DNA of 64,000 nucleotides from Podarcis erhardii (Eukaryota): the NCBI GenBank assembly GCA_964252035.1, contig OZ176216.1. One strand, 5' to 3'. Positions 24,342-35,574 of the stretch are shown piece by piece. The position numbers were made by a program, and so were the translations under genes. Each line of letters opens with the position of its first letter. Position 1 is the stretch's first letter. The notes beneath the pieces were generated by a model, which worked only from the letters and a program-made list of their open reading frames with translations, did no database searches and had not been told where the DNA came from.

Positions 24342-27300
24342 ATGAAACACCATGGGACTGTCCTCCCCACTTGGGGTGTGGTTGGTTGGGTTTTATCTTC
24401 TAGGGATACTTACCCTATCAAACCTCCACCTCTTCCCCATACCATTTTGACCCAGGAGTCCTGGCCCAAGGATGACTTGTTATTGAGGGGATGTTACCCC
24501 TCTACTGGGGAGGCTAGTATGGGGTCTGGGATTTCCACTATTGAAGGGCTAGGGAGGAATGGCGGTGGGGCTAAATATCTCTATTGGCAAAGGGTTTCGA
24601 GATGCAGTGATCCTCGAACCCCTTCCAATCTGCACCCCATCCCAAGGGATGAGGGTAGGGAGAGCAAGGATTACCCACCTCCATCATTGGTCCTGTGCAA
24701 TGCCAGGTCCATAGGCAACAAAACCGCCACCATGCGTGACTTTTTTGTCTCGCAGGGGATTGACCTGGCTTGCGTGATGGAGACCTGGGTATGGGAAGGC
24801 GAAGTAGTCTCCCTACATGAGATAACACCCCCAGGTTTCTCTGTCCTCCATCAATCACGGACTGTTGGTCGGGGGGGAGGAGTAGCGTTCTTAATCTGGG
24901 AGGATTGCTCTTTCAGAGCTCTGCAATCACCAGCGATCACCGGCATTGAATGTGTTGGTCTCGTGTGGGGCACCAAGGAGAGCTTGGCTGTCTGGCTGGT
25001 GTACCGACTACCCAGCACACTGGCAGCCACCCTGTCAGACCTGCTGGAGGTGGTGGCGGGCTGGGCCTTGGAATTCCCAAACCTACTGGTTTTGGGAGAC
25101 TTCAACGTCCATGCCAATGCTGCTCCCTCCTCACAGGCTCTGGACCTACTGACTTCCATGGCAACACTAGGGCTCTCCCCGTTTGTTTTGGGCCCCACTC
25201 ATCAAGCAGGCCACGCGCTAGAACTGATCTTTGGGGCTGGCATAGATGTGATCATGCTTCCCCCTGTGGAAGTGCCATGGTCTGATCACTACGCTCTGAA
25301 AGCCAAGATTGACTTCCCGCTCCTCCCCTGCTCAGGTGGCGAACCTATTTGGGCTCGTCCGCGAAAACAGATGGATCCTGATAGATTCCGACAAGCCTTG
25401 CGGGACCCTGCTCCTCCTGGTGACTCATTAGATGACCTTGTTGAGGACTGGAATAACCGGCTCTTGGCAGCCATTGATGAGATCGCGCCTAAGCGCCCTC
25501 TGCGACCCCGTCGAAACCAGGCCCCTTGGTTTACTGAGGAGCTCCGGAAAATGAAGCGGGATCTCAGACGGCTAGAGCGAGTATGGCGACGGACTCATGA
25601 CGGAGCCTCAAGAACATCTTATAGGACGCTTATGAAAGCCTATGAGATGGCTTTAAAAGCTGCTAAGAAATCTTACTTTGCAGCTTCCATTGCATCCGCT
25701 AGCTCTCGCCCGGCACAACTTTTTAGAATAATTAGGTCAATAACGTCCTTAGGAGGACAACCAAATTTAAGCACAAATTTGACCCACAGCTGTGAGGCAT
25801 TCGCGAGCTTTTTTGCAGAGAAAGTCCTGTTGCTACGCCATGACCTCCCTGCCAATTTAGATACAATTACTGAACTGGAGGCCCCTCGACTGACTTCAGG
25901 TCCAGTGTTGGACCATTTCGATCGGATGCTCCCTGCTGATGTGGATAGATTCCTCCAAGTTGGTAGGCCCACCACCTGCCTCCTTGATCCATGCCCATCT
26001 TGGCTGATTAGGGAGTGTCCAGATGTTGCGCAGACCCCCCTGGTTGAAATTATCAATTTGTCCCTTGACACAGGGACATTCCCAGGGGAACTGAAGGAAG
26101 CAGTAGTGTGTCCACTCTTAAAGAAAACTTCATTAGATCCCTTAGACCTATCCAATTACCGCCCAATTTCAAATCTTCCGTATCTGGGTAAGGTAATTGA
26201 GAGAGCAGTTGCTGAACAGCTTGGTAGGTTTCTGGAGGAAATATCGGCTTTAGAACCATTTCAGTCTGGTTTCCGTCCTGGTTTTGGGACCGAGACGGCT
26301 CTGGTTGCCCTAACAGATGACCTCTGTAGACAACTGGATCGAGGCGGGTCAGGACTGCTGTTCCTTTTAGATTTGTCAGCAGCCTTTGACAAGGTCGATC
26401 ATGATCTTCTGGACCACCGCCTCACAGACGTGGGGATACAGGGCATAGCCCGTAACTGGCTGTGCTCTTTTATCTCTGGTCGGGGACAGAGGGTGGCACT
26501 AGGGAGGGAAATGTCATTGCGCCATTCCTTGGTGTGTGGAGTGCCGCACTGCGCAATTCTCTCCCCAATGCTTTTTAACATCTTTATGCACCCCCTTGCC
26601 CAGATTATCCGGAGCTTTGGGCTGGGCTGTCACCAATATGCTGATGACACTCAGCTCTATCTGCTGATGGATGGCCACACCGACTCGGCCCCGAACACAC
26701 TGACCAGATGCTTGGAAGCTGTGGCTAGATGGTTTTGTGGGAGCTGATTGAAACTAAATCCTTCAAAGACAGAGGTCCTATGCCTGGGTCGGGATGGCAT
26801 GGGGATGAGGGACCAACTCCCTTCTCTTGGGGGGGCCCAATTAGTGCCATTGCCTTCTGTTACGAGTTTGGTTGTAATCCTTGACGCCTCCCTTTCCATG
26901 GAGGCGCAAGTTTCAGCAACAGCCAAGGCGACATTTTTCCACCTTCGCCACATCAAGCAGTTGGTCCCTTACCTTTCCCCCCCTGACCTGGCCACAATGA
27001 TCCATGCGATGGTCATCTCCAGGCTTGACTACTGTAATTCACTCTACGTGGGGCTGCCCTTGAAGCTGTCCCAGAAACTCCAGCGGGTGCAGAATGCTGC
27101 AGCGAGGCTCCTCACGGGGTCTCTGCCATGGGAGCATATTCACCCAGTGCTTTTCAAACTGCACTGGCTCCCGGTAGAGTACAGGGTCAGATTTAAGTTG
27201 CTGCTTTTGACCTTTAAAGCCCTTCATGAGACCGCCTCTCCCGGTATGCCCCACGGAGAGCATCAAGGTCCATAAATAGCAACACCCTAGTGGTCCCGGG

Positions 27301-27472
27301 CCCTAAGGAAGTTAGATTGGCTTCAACCAGAGCCAGGGCCTTTTCAACTCTGGCTCCGGCCTGGTGGAACGCTCTGCCTCATGAGACCAGGGCCCTGCAG
27401 GATCTGATTTCTTTCCGCAGGGCCTGTAAGACAGAGTTGTTCCGCCTGGCCTTTGGCTTGGAGCCAATTTGA
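24342..27472 (+). pseudogene. L2 ORF2 (endonuclease/reverse transcriptase), disrupted
   Basis: Open 24342-26744. In-frame TGA at 26745-26747. The same frame resumes (LKLNPSKTE...). A frameshift near 27228-27230 moves the C-terminus (DRLSRYAPRR...AFSTLAPAWWNALP...FRLAFGLEPI*) into the frame ending at 27472. The RT motif reads VPHCAILSP instead of the usual VPQG. Confidence 0.9.
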
Positions 27473-27668
27473 TTCCTCCCTCCCTCCCTCTCTTTCTTTT
27501 TTCTTTCCTTCTCCTCCTGCATTGAGGCTACATTTTATTTTAATGTTGTAATATTTTAATGTTGTGTTTTAATGTTGTTTTTAAGTTGTAATCATTCAAC
27601 TTGTTTTTATTATTGCTTGTAAGCCGCTCTGAGCCCGGCCTTGGCTGGGGAGGGCGGGGTATAAATAA

Positions 27669-27722
<54 letters not shown>

Positions 27723-28842
27723 CATCTACCCCAGAACAAATTTTGATGGTATAATGGGGAATTTTCTTGTAATTTTTTGGCACGTCTGCTGTAGAAGTAG
27801 CTGTTGTAGAATGATTATTACTTCCAGTGGCAGAAGCAATATTTCAGCTTTCAATTTTTAATGCCGAAGCTTAACCCAGAGCTATAAATGTTACGATTTG
27901 AGTTAAACATTAGTGCAGTGGTAGATAAACATACATTCTATGTTGCCACTAGCACTGCTCTCGTGGTTTCCCTCGCTTAGCAGCTTCACAATGAATTAAA
28001 TCTCGTACTGACTATTCTCCAGGTTCAGTTTTCCAGGTAGAAGTTAGCAATTTTGAAGGTGCAGAAACATTTCCCACACTTCTTATTTGCACTGATCATT
28101 CAGACAGTCACCTCCCCACCTCATTTCCTTTGGCTACTGTTGCTTCCTCACTCCAGAAACAATCACACAGGTTATGATTCCCAACCAGGGATCACACAGC
28201 AAATGGAACGATGTCACAGTGCAGCCTAGAATCTGGAAGGGACCCTAAGGGTCAATAGCGAACCATATTTCATTACATCTTGATGTCACAATGGGAAAAT
28301 GAGAGCAGAGGAAATGAAAAACCAGATGCTTTTAGCAAGAAGCACTGGGAAATCACCAAGATGGGGCAGGTATCTTTCAGAGCAGCAGAAAATCTTTGCG
28401 AAAAACTGAGTCAGTTGGGCTCCAACATGAAGCTGCATATTTAACTCAGCACTTTTGCCTTCTTGTCTGAGATATAGGCACTGATGGGCATATAATGACA
28501 ATGGGCAAGCAACTGAAATAGGAGCAAATGTGGGGGTGTCATTATTTGGGGGCAGAGGCAGGGAGGTGGCCAAGAATTCTGTGCGAATGGGAAGAAGGAA
28601 GAAGATTCCATGGCCTGACTAGGAAGTTAGGATGTCATTCCAACTGTGTACTGACCGCATGAATGAATAAAGGCTGAAAGCCAAGTCCTTAATATGGAGA
28701 CAGTGGGAGAGGAAGGGAGAGAGGAAATACCACAGGCTGAGTAAGGATCAACGCTAATGGGAAAGATATTATTTTATTTATTTAATATTACAATTATTTA
28801 TATCCCGCCTTTCAGGATACAACTAAACATTAAGCTACATTA

Positions 28843-29296
28843 TTTTATTTTTTTATTAAATTTTGACATAAATATATTTCACAAACATACAAAAGACAAA
28901 ATGAAAAAGAAAAAAGAGAAAAAGAGAAAAAAAAGAAAAGAAAAAGAGAAAAAAAGAGAAAAACACAAAATACATACAACTTTAAATAACATTGATCGAC
29001 TTCCCTTTATCTCGATTTCGGAAAATATTGCCTTGTTTATCTATCTGCTGTGTCTATTCCTTAATAAAACTTTTTACGTAGTAAGCGTTATCTCATGCCT
29101 ACTGTGATTTCTGTAAGTACATATGTGTTTCTGATCAACATTTTGATTTTCCCCTTGTCTCTATTTCCACATATATCCTAAATTTATTCCATTCATTGTT
29201 AAATTTTGCACTTCTTTGATTTCTTATTTTCTGTGTCAATTTAGCCAACTCCAAATAATCGGATAGTTTAAGTTGCCACTCCTTTAGTGTTGGGAT
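28843..29296 (-). mobile_element. Young 5'-truncated L1 3' end with a 17-bp target-site duplication
   Basis: The minus strand encodes IPTLKEWQLKLSDYLELAKLTQKIRNQRSAKFNNEWNKFRIYVE, homologous to the 14814-15035 peptide. It ends AATAAA plus an A-rich tail. AACATTAAGCTACATTA occurs at 28826-28842 and 29297-29313. Confidence 0.9.
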
Positions 29297-29471
29297 AACA
29301 TTAAGCTACATTAAAACACACACACACACACACACACACAATCAGCAAAGTCAACTTATTAAAAGGCACCAGGGTACTTGGTAGCAGATGGTTCCTATGG
29401 AGGCTGGGTACCCAACTGGCGCCATGGAAGATAAGACTATCAGTGGCTACTAGCCACAATGACTGCTCTGC

Positions 29472-29603
29472 NNNNNNNNNNNNNNNNNNNNNNNNNNNNN
29501 NNNNNNNNNNNNNNNNNNNNNNNNNNNNNNNNNNNNNNNNNNNNNNNNNNNNNNNNNNNNNNNNNNNNNNNNNNNNNNNNNNNNNNNNNNNNNNNNNNNN
29601 NNN
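29472..29603. other. Assembly gap (132 N)
   Basis: Run of N. Confidence 1.
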
Positions 29604-32600
29604 TGGGTTTCCCCAGCCGCTCTGGGAGGCTTCCAACAAAGACCAAAAATACACTAAGATGTCACACATTAAAAACTTCCCTGAACAGGGCTGCCTTCAG
29701 AAATGCTTCTGAATACCACTTTCTGGAAACCACAGCGGTGGGGGGACACTTTCCCACATGCATCTGCTTGTACACTTTGAGAACAGGATGCTGGACTAGA
29801 TAGACCATGGGCTGGATCCAGCAGGCTCTTCTTATGTTCTTACCTGCTGCTTCATCTTGACTGATATCCTTCCCACAAGGAAGCTGGTGGCATAACAGCC
29901 TCGTCGCAAGAGATGAGAGAGTCCCTCTGAAGCAGGCTTTATCTTAGAACTTTAAGCTGCGAAGACGGATAGAGGAATTGTGGTGGGCATTGTGTTGGTC
30001 CATCACACAAGTGATGCCTCTCAACCCAGCCTTTGCCAAACCTTTGCCAAACCTGCAAGCAGGATGCGAGCAGAAGAGCACTTTCCCCCTGCTGTGGCTT
30101 CCAGCAAATGATACTCAGAAGCATTAGTGCCTCTGACTATGGAGGCAGAGCATAGTTATTGTGGCTAGTAGCCTTCAATAATTCTCTCCTCCATGAATTT
30201 GTCTAATCCTTTGTTAAAGCCAAATAGGCTGGTGACCATCACTGCCTTCTACCTCTAGACCTCTAGATTTTCTTTGCGGCCAGAGACATGTCCAGCACCT
30301 GAGACATTAAAATGCACTTGGAAGATCTGGTTCACTTTCAAAAGCCTAGTGTCCAGTAAATACATGTTTTTCCGTTGTAATGTAGTAAATAATTGATCTT
30401 CCCTTCCACAGGCGTCACTCCTGCAGGCCGAGAGCTGTGAAAGGCAACACGTCTAATTTTTAAGCAGCAGCCCCCTCTTTGGCTCAGAGAGAGCTTTTCC
30501 ACCCATTAATAACAGGGAAAATTAATGTTAGGCCTGCAGTAAAACAGATTAAACTGTGTACCCCTGTGGATGCCTGACTGCACCTCTAACAGAGCTGAAA
30601 TTCCTCTGGTTAGTTAAATGTGGTATATTGAAATACGATGGTGGTCTTGGGTTAATAGTTAAAGAAGTTTAAATTGGAATTTTCTCCGCAGAAGTGTTTT
30701 CCCATTTATCAAAGTAAGTGGGGTTGGGGGTGGGGTTGTTAGATCGTTGAGAAGCCTCAATAACGCCTCACAGATTCTCTTCTTGGGTGACTTATCAAAT
30801 TCATTTTTGTGTATTTGGGGACACAAGGTTGGCAGCAACATAGCTATTTGTGAAAAATAAAGACTAGCATGGTCCAGGCTTGTTTGAACCACGGTTCCGG
30901 GATTGGTCGGTTTTTACCCAAAAAGTATCAGGTTTGCAGTATTGAAACCCCATTGCAAATTAGTCCTGTTTCTTATTTCCACATGGACTTCACAGTTGGA
31001 GCCAAGTGCTATGATCCCCAAAAGGGTTTGTGTGCATGTGCATATATGAATATAGGGAACTCCCTTGGTTCATCATGCTCAGTATTTTCTACACAGACTG
31101 GCAGCAGCTCCCCAGGCTTTCAGGCAAGGTAGATTTTCCCAGCCCTTCCTGGAGATGCCCAAGGTTTGAACCTAGGACCTTCTGGGTGCAAAGCAGCAGT
31201 TCTACATTAGGCTATGTCTCTTATAAGGAAGGGGTCAGCCTCCATGGTCTTATGTCAAGTGAGGGTGTCAGTGCTGTGGTGATTGAAGAGGAATCCCCCT
31301 CTGCCCAAATTTGACAGTGATTACCAAGCTTGCCATTTGGAGGAGATAACTGCAGGCATTTTGAGACTGGGCTGTCATGCCATAGCCCTGGAGAGTCAGA
31401 TTATCTCAGAAGGCCAACCCAGTGTCATTGTTGGATTCAGTAGCTCCTATATCTTCTTCCTTCTCTCCAAACAGCTGCTTCTTGAACTAACCTTTCTTTA
31501 TCCCATTGGCTGGCTCACCAGCCATCACTCATCTCTCTGCTAGTGTTTTCATTCTTGACTGGGCTTCATGTGTAGATTAGAGACACCACCCTGCAGTTCA
31601 ACAGAAGCTTATGGAACTTCCAGGTTCAGAAACAGAAAAATTGTCATTACCTGTGGAGCAATAGCAGGAGAGGGCTGGTGCCTCATTCACGCTGTGTAGA
31701 GTTAAAGTGCAATCCTAACCATCAGAAGTAAGTCCTGTTGAGATCAATGTTGAGATCGAAGTAGGTTTGATTGCAGCCTTAGACGATGGCTTTGATATCA
31801 CAAGATAACTCTGTATTGTGTGAGTGACACACTAGCCCTTTTCGTTGTCAGTACCCAAACTGAGCTCACAGCCCTCCCACATACAAAAAATCCACTCCTG
31901 GTTTTCTTCCCAAGCTTTCTTCATTTCAGCAGGTGGGAAAAAGTATTGTCGTTATTGTTAAACAATTTGGAGCCAGACACCTGTGCAGATTACTGTGACT
32001 CACCCAGAGATCTGCTTGGTAGATTGCAATCTACTTTGTGCCCATCCTGAGCTAAGCTAGTGGTCATCACCACATCTTGAGGTGGTGCTTCTATAAGTTA
32101 CATGTTGTGTAAAAAATGGTCCTCTCTCAAAGTAGCCCCGCCCTGTTTTGATTCACTGTTTTTGACATACATCCTTTGAGGGGGGCAATTCTGCACCAGG
32201 AGTGATCTGAATGACCCAGGCACACCTTATAGCAAAGGTGTGGCAAAATACTGCTAATTGGAAGAGGAGCAAGGCCAGAACAATATATCATGCAGACATG
32301 ACTTTGAGCTTTTGGGAGACTTTAATTACTCAGGTAAATAATTTCTCATTAGCATGCAAGCAATTCTCTCGTGGTTTGTTAGCATATGTCTCAGTACACA
32401 GTGTGGAAGCAAGGGATTGGATCCAAATAAGTTGTACCCATTGGAATAATATACCTGTTAGTCCTGCTCATTACTTTTAGTAGGTCTACTCTGAGTATTA
32501 CTAACATGGAATACAATCCAGCTACTTTAAGGTCACCTGTGTAAAGATTCAGCTGTGTTGATGACAGAATCATGGGACTGGTACATTTGAACCTTACAGA

Positions 32601-33029
32601 GGTTAAGGTTAAAATAGGTTGCATGTACCATTGGTTCTACTTAGAGTAGACCCAGTTGAATTGAAGCAATTGGCCTTAGAGGCACAAGAAAGATTGTGTT
32701 TTCTTTCTAAGATGGCAACACTCAAAGGAACCTTTTTTTAAAAAAAACACACAAAAAAACTACTCTTGGCAGCTCAACCAGTGGCAAAACTATGTGCATC
32801 TAAGTGGGTTTCATCAACAGCACAGCAATTAGAGAGGTGTTATAAATAGGGATGTATCTAAGAAATCTGAGCTGTGCTGGTTTCCTATATATATGTTTTT
32901 TACTTTTCTCTCTCTCTGTCTCTCTCTGTCTCTTCCTCTTCTTTAACTGCAAGTACCCAGCTGAGATTCCCTACCCTTTAATTTTGTCTTCTTGGGCTAA
33001 CCAACTGACGCCTAGTTGAAAAGACTTAT

Positions 33030-33350
33030 GTTGCTACACGGCCGCAGAAGCCGTCGGTTATCCCGTCGCCATCCCCGCTCGGGTCCTGGAGCCTTTTTCT
33101 GCATCTCATCAGCAAACTTTCAATCCCACCCTTTAGGCCAACCTCATCTATCAAGGGGGCAACGAGGAGAGGAAGCTCCCAAGTAAACACACAGCAGTGC
33201 CTAAACTCCTAATCACTCACGGCTTCCGCTTCCAGGCCCTATAATTAGAAGTTCTTCTTCTTCCTTGTATTCCCAGTTGACGCAAATTCTTTTTGTGGCT
33301 TGGCACCTCGCTTCAGGGCGTGGGTTTTAGTTTATGGCCAGCCCGGAGTC
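33030..33350. promoter_or_regulatory. Candidate intronic promoter/enhancer (CpG cluster)
   Basis: About 15 CpG in ~320 bp, tandem ETS-like cttccgcttcc, TATA-like ctataatta and GC-box-like gggcgtggg. Not matched to any repeat I recognise. Confidence 0.3.
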
Positions 33351-34379
33351 TGGTTTAGTCTTCTGATACTGCAGAAATAGCTCTTAAGCCACAATCTACA
33401 TCTGTGCCCCCTTCTCCAACTCCCCCCTTTATGTCTATCCCCTCTGCATTTCTCCTCCCACATCCCCAACCAGCCTTTATTTTCTTTATGCAAATGCACC
33501 TTATTTCATCCTTCACCAGATAGCATGCGTTGCAAATGGGAAGCTGTAAATTGAAGCCAATGGAAGTGCTCACTGTAACGAACTTTGGTGGTTGTTGCTG
33601 TGCGAGTGTGTGAGGTCTTTGTATCTTTTGCATGCATGGAAGGATAGTTAATTCCTCCTGAATGGGATTTTTCCATCTTCTCTGTGGATTTGAGAGGGAG
33701 GAGGGAAACCATTGCTAATTGAACTTCACTTGCAAACCCCCACCCCCTTTTTACAAATGGCTTTGAAATGTCCGCATGGCAATATCTGCTCGGCTCATAA
33801 ATTCTTGCCAAGTTATTACACGTACACAAGAATTTGAACTCATTTCAGATGTTATCTGCTAAATGGGACAAATGTCAGTTTAAAAAAACAAGCAGGAAGG
33901 CCTTCTCCTTCCCCACTGGCAGGGTGGTGATCATTCCCTCCAAAAATACGTTGGGGAGTGTTTGTGTTTCAGATGGAGGCATGGTGGAAGTGTGTGTTGT
34001 GAATAGAGGTATAGTATTGCTATGAGTTGTGGGTGCCAGATTTCTAATCCCTATAATCCTAGCAAGTGTTAAAATATAAACCAGGGTAGCTTCCTCATGA
34101 GGTGATCACCTGGGTGAAGGGCCATTAATAAAACAAAAGAAAGGTGATGGGCCATTAAGAAAGCAAAAGAGAGGGGCTCCGGGGCAGATGGCAAATGTGT
34201 GGCTCTCCTCCTCCACCTTGCAGATAGTGAGAAAGACAAAAGCCAGAGTTTACAGTTGAACAGTGTGTGTGTGATGTCACCGAGAAGGAAGGCAGCAAGC
34301 TGATAATGTCTGAAAGGCAGAGCCTGACTTTGGGTGGCTGTTTGAATCTAGGCCTGAGATCTCACCCCTTGGAAATTGG

Positions 34380-34760
34380 GGTGACATGCAACAGTATCCT
34401 TCAAACATAGCACTGGGTTAAGAGAAGACTTGGGTAAAAGGATAATGGGAGCTATATTCACATAGGTCATAACTAAACTCTTGAATTCACTCCCACAAGA
34501 GGTAGTGAGGCTGTCAGTTTGGGTAGTTTTCAAAAAGGATTGCAAAATTCATGGAGGACGAGGTTGTCAATGGTTACCAGCTATGATGGCTATGTTCTAC
34601 CTTCACAGTCGGAGGCAGTATGCCTCTGAATACTATTTTCTGGGTATTGCACATGGAATGAGTACTGTTGCACCATCCTGCCTGCAGGCTTCCCAGATGA
34701 GGCGTGAAGTTGGCCACTGCAAGAACATGAGCCTTTCGCTTTTGACCTTTTTGGCTTTCC
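34380..34760 (+). mobile_element. CR1 LINE 3' fragment
   Basis: NSLPQEVVRLSVWVVFKK..KFME remnant followed by gatggctatgttctaccttcacagtcggaggcagtatgcctctgaatac. Confidence 0.75.
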
Positions 34761-35537
34761 AGTAGGGCTTTTCTTACACTTTTTTCTATCCTAGGATACC
34801 ACATCTCTTTGACTGATGTTCTGCCAACTCCCTACTGCCAGAACTTCAAGAACGTAGGAGTAGGGAACTTCTTTACACTGTGTCAGACCATTGTTTCATC
34901 TAGCTCAGAATTAGCCATCATAACGGGCAGCTGCAACTCTCCAGGGATTCAGGCAGGGGGTATTCTAAGATTTGGTACTCAGGCCAGAGGTAGACCAAGC
35001 CCAGACTAGATCAACATGATGCGAAACATGATGTCAAAAATGGCAACAGTGCACCTGACCTAGCAGCTCCCTTCCTTCTAGTATCAGGGGAGCCAATATG
35101 GTGACTACCAGATATTGTTGACCTCCTAACTCTCCCATCAATGGGCACAACTAACTGCAGTCTATTTCTCTGGGTCTCCTTTGAGAATGGCTTAGTTGTA
35201 TAGCAGCCAAATAGTTTGCCCAACCCTAAAGCCTACCCATTATTTGAAAGCTAAATCCACATTGTTAGGTTCTTCGTTCCTCTGCCCATGTGTATTCAGA
35301 ACTTCAAAAGAGGCATGAAGGAATTGCACAAAGTACTTCTGCTGTTTGGGAGCCAAAGTGAGAAACTTCAGTGTTGAGCCACAAAAGCTGGAAACCAAAA
35401 CTCCTCAGTGAGAAGTAATGAGAGATGGAAAATAGCACATAAAAAGAGAAATATATACACACATGTGTGCGAAAGGAGGTAAAGGTTCCAAAACCTCAGC
35501 AATTTATTATTTTGACTAACAATATGGAATTAAGCAC

Positions 35538-35574
<37 letters not shown>

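Larger units (their letters stand above)
22860..27719 (+). mobile_element. Near full-length L2-clade LINE (ORF1 + APE-RT ORF2 + 3' UTR + (ATT)n tail); 5' boundary uncertain
   Basis: APE motifs (LVLCNARSIGNK, DLACVMETW, VLGDFNVH, SDHYAL). RT motifs (NYRPISNLPYLGKVIER, QSGFRPG, FLLDLSAAFDKVDH, YADDTQLY). L2-type C-terminus (SRLDYCNSL, LQRVQNAAARLL, LHWLPV). Tail of tandem ATT at 27669-27719. No convincing TSD found. Confidence 0.92.

Noticed and set aside
23576-26581. Several antisense ORFs of 60-160 aa over the L2
   Set aside because: Shadow frames of the long sense ORFs.
29301-29803. ORFs spanning the N-run
   Set aside because: Artefacts of the assembly gap.
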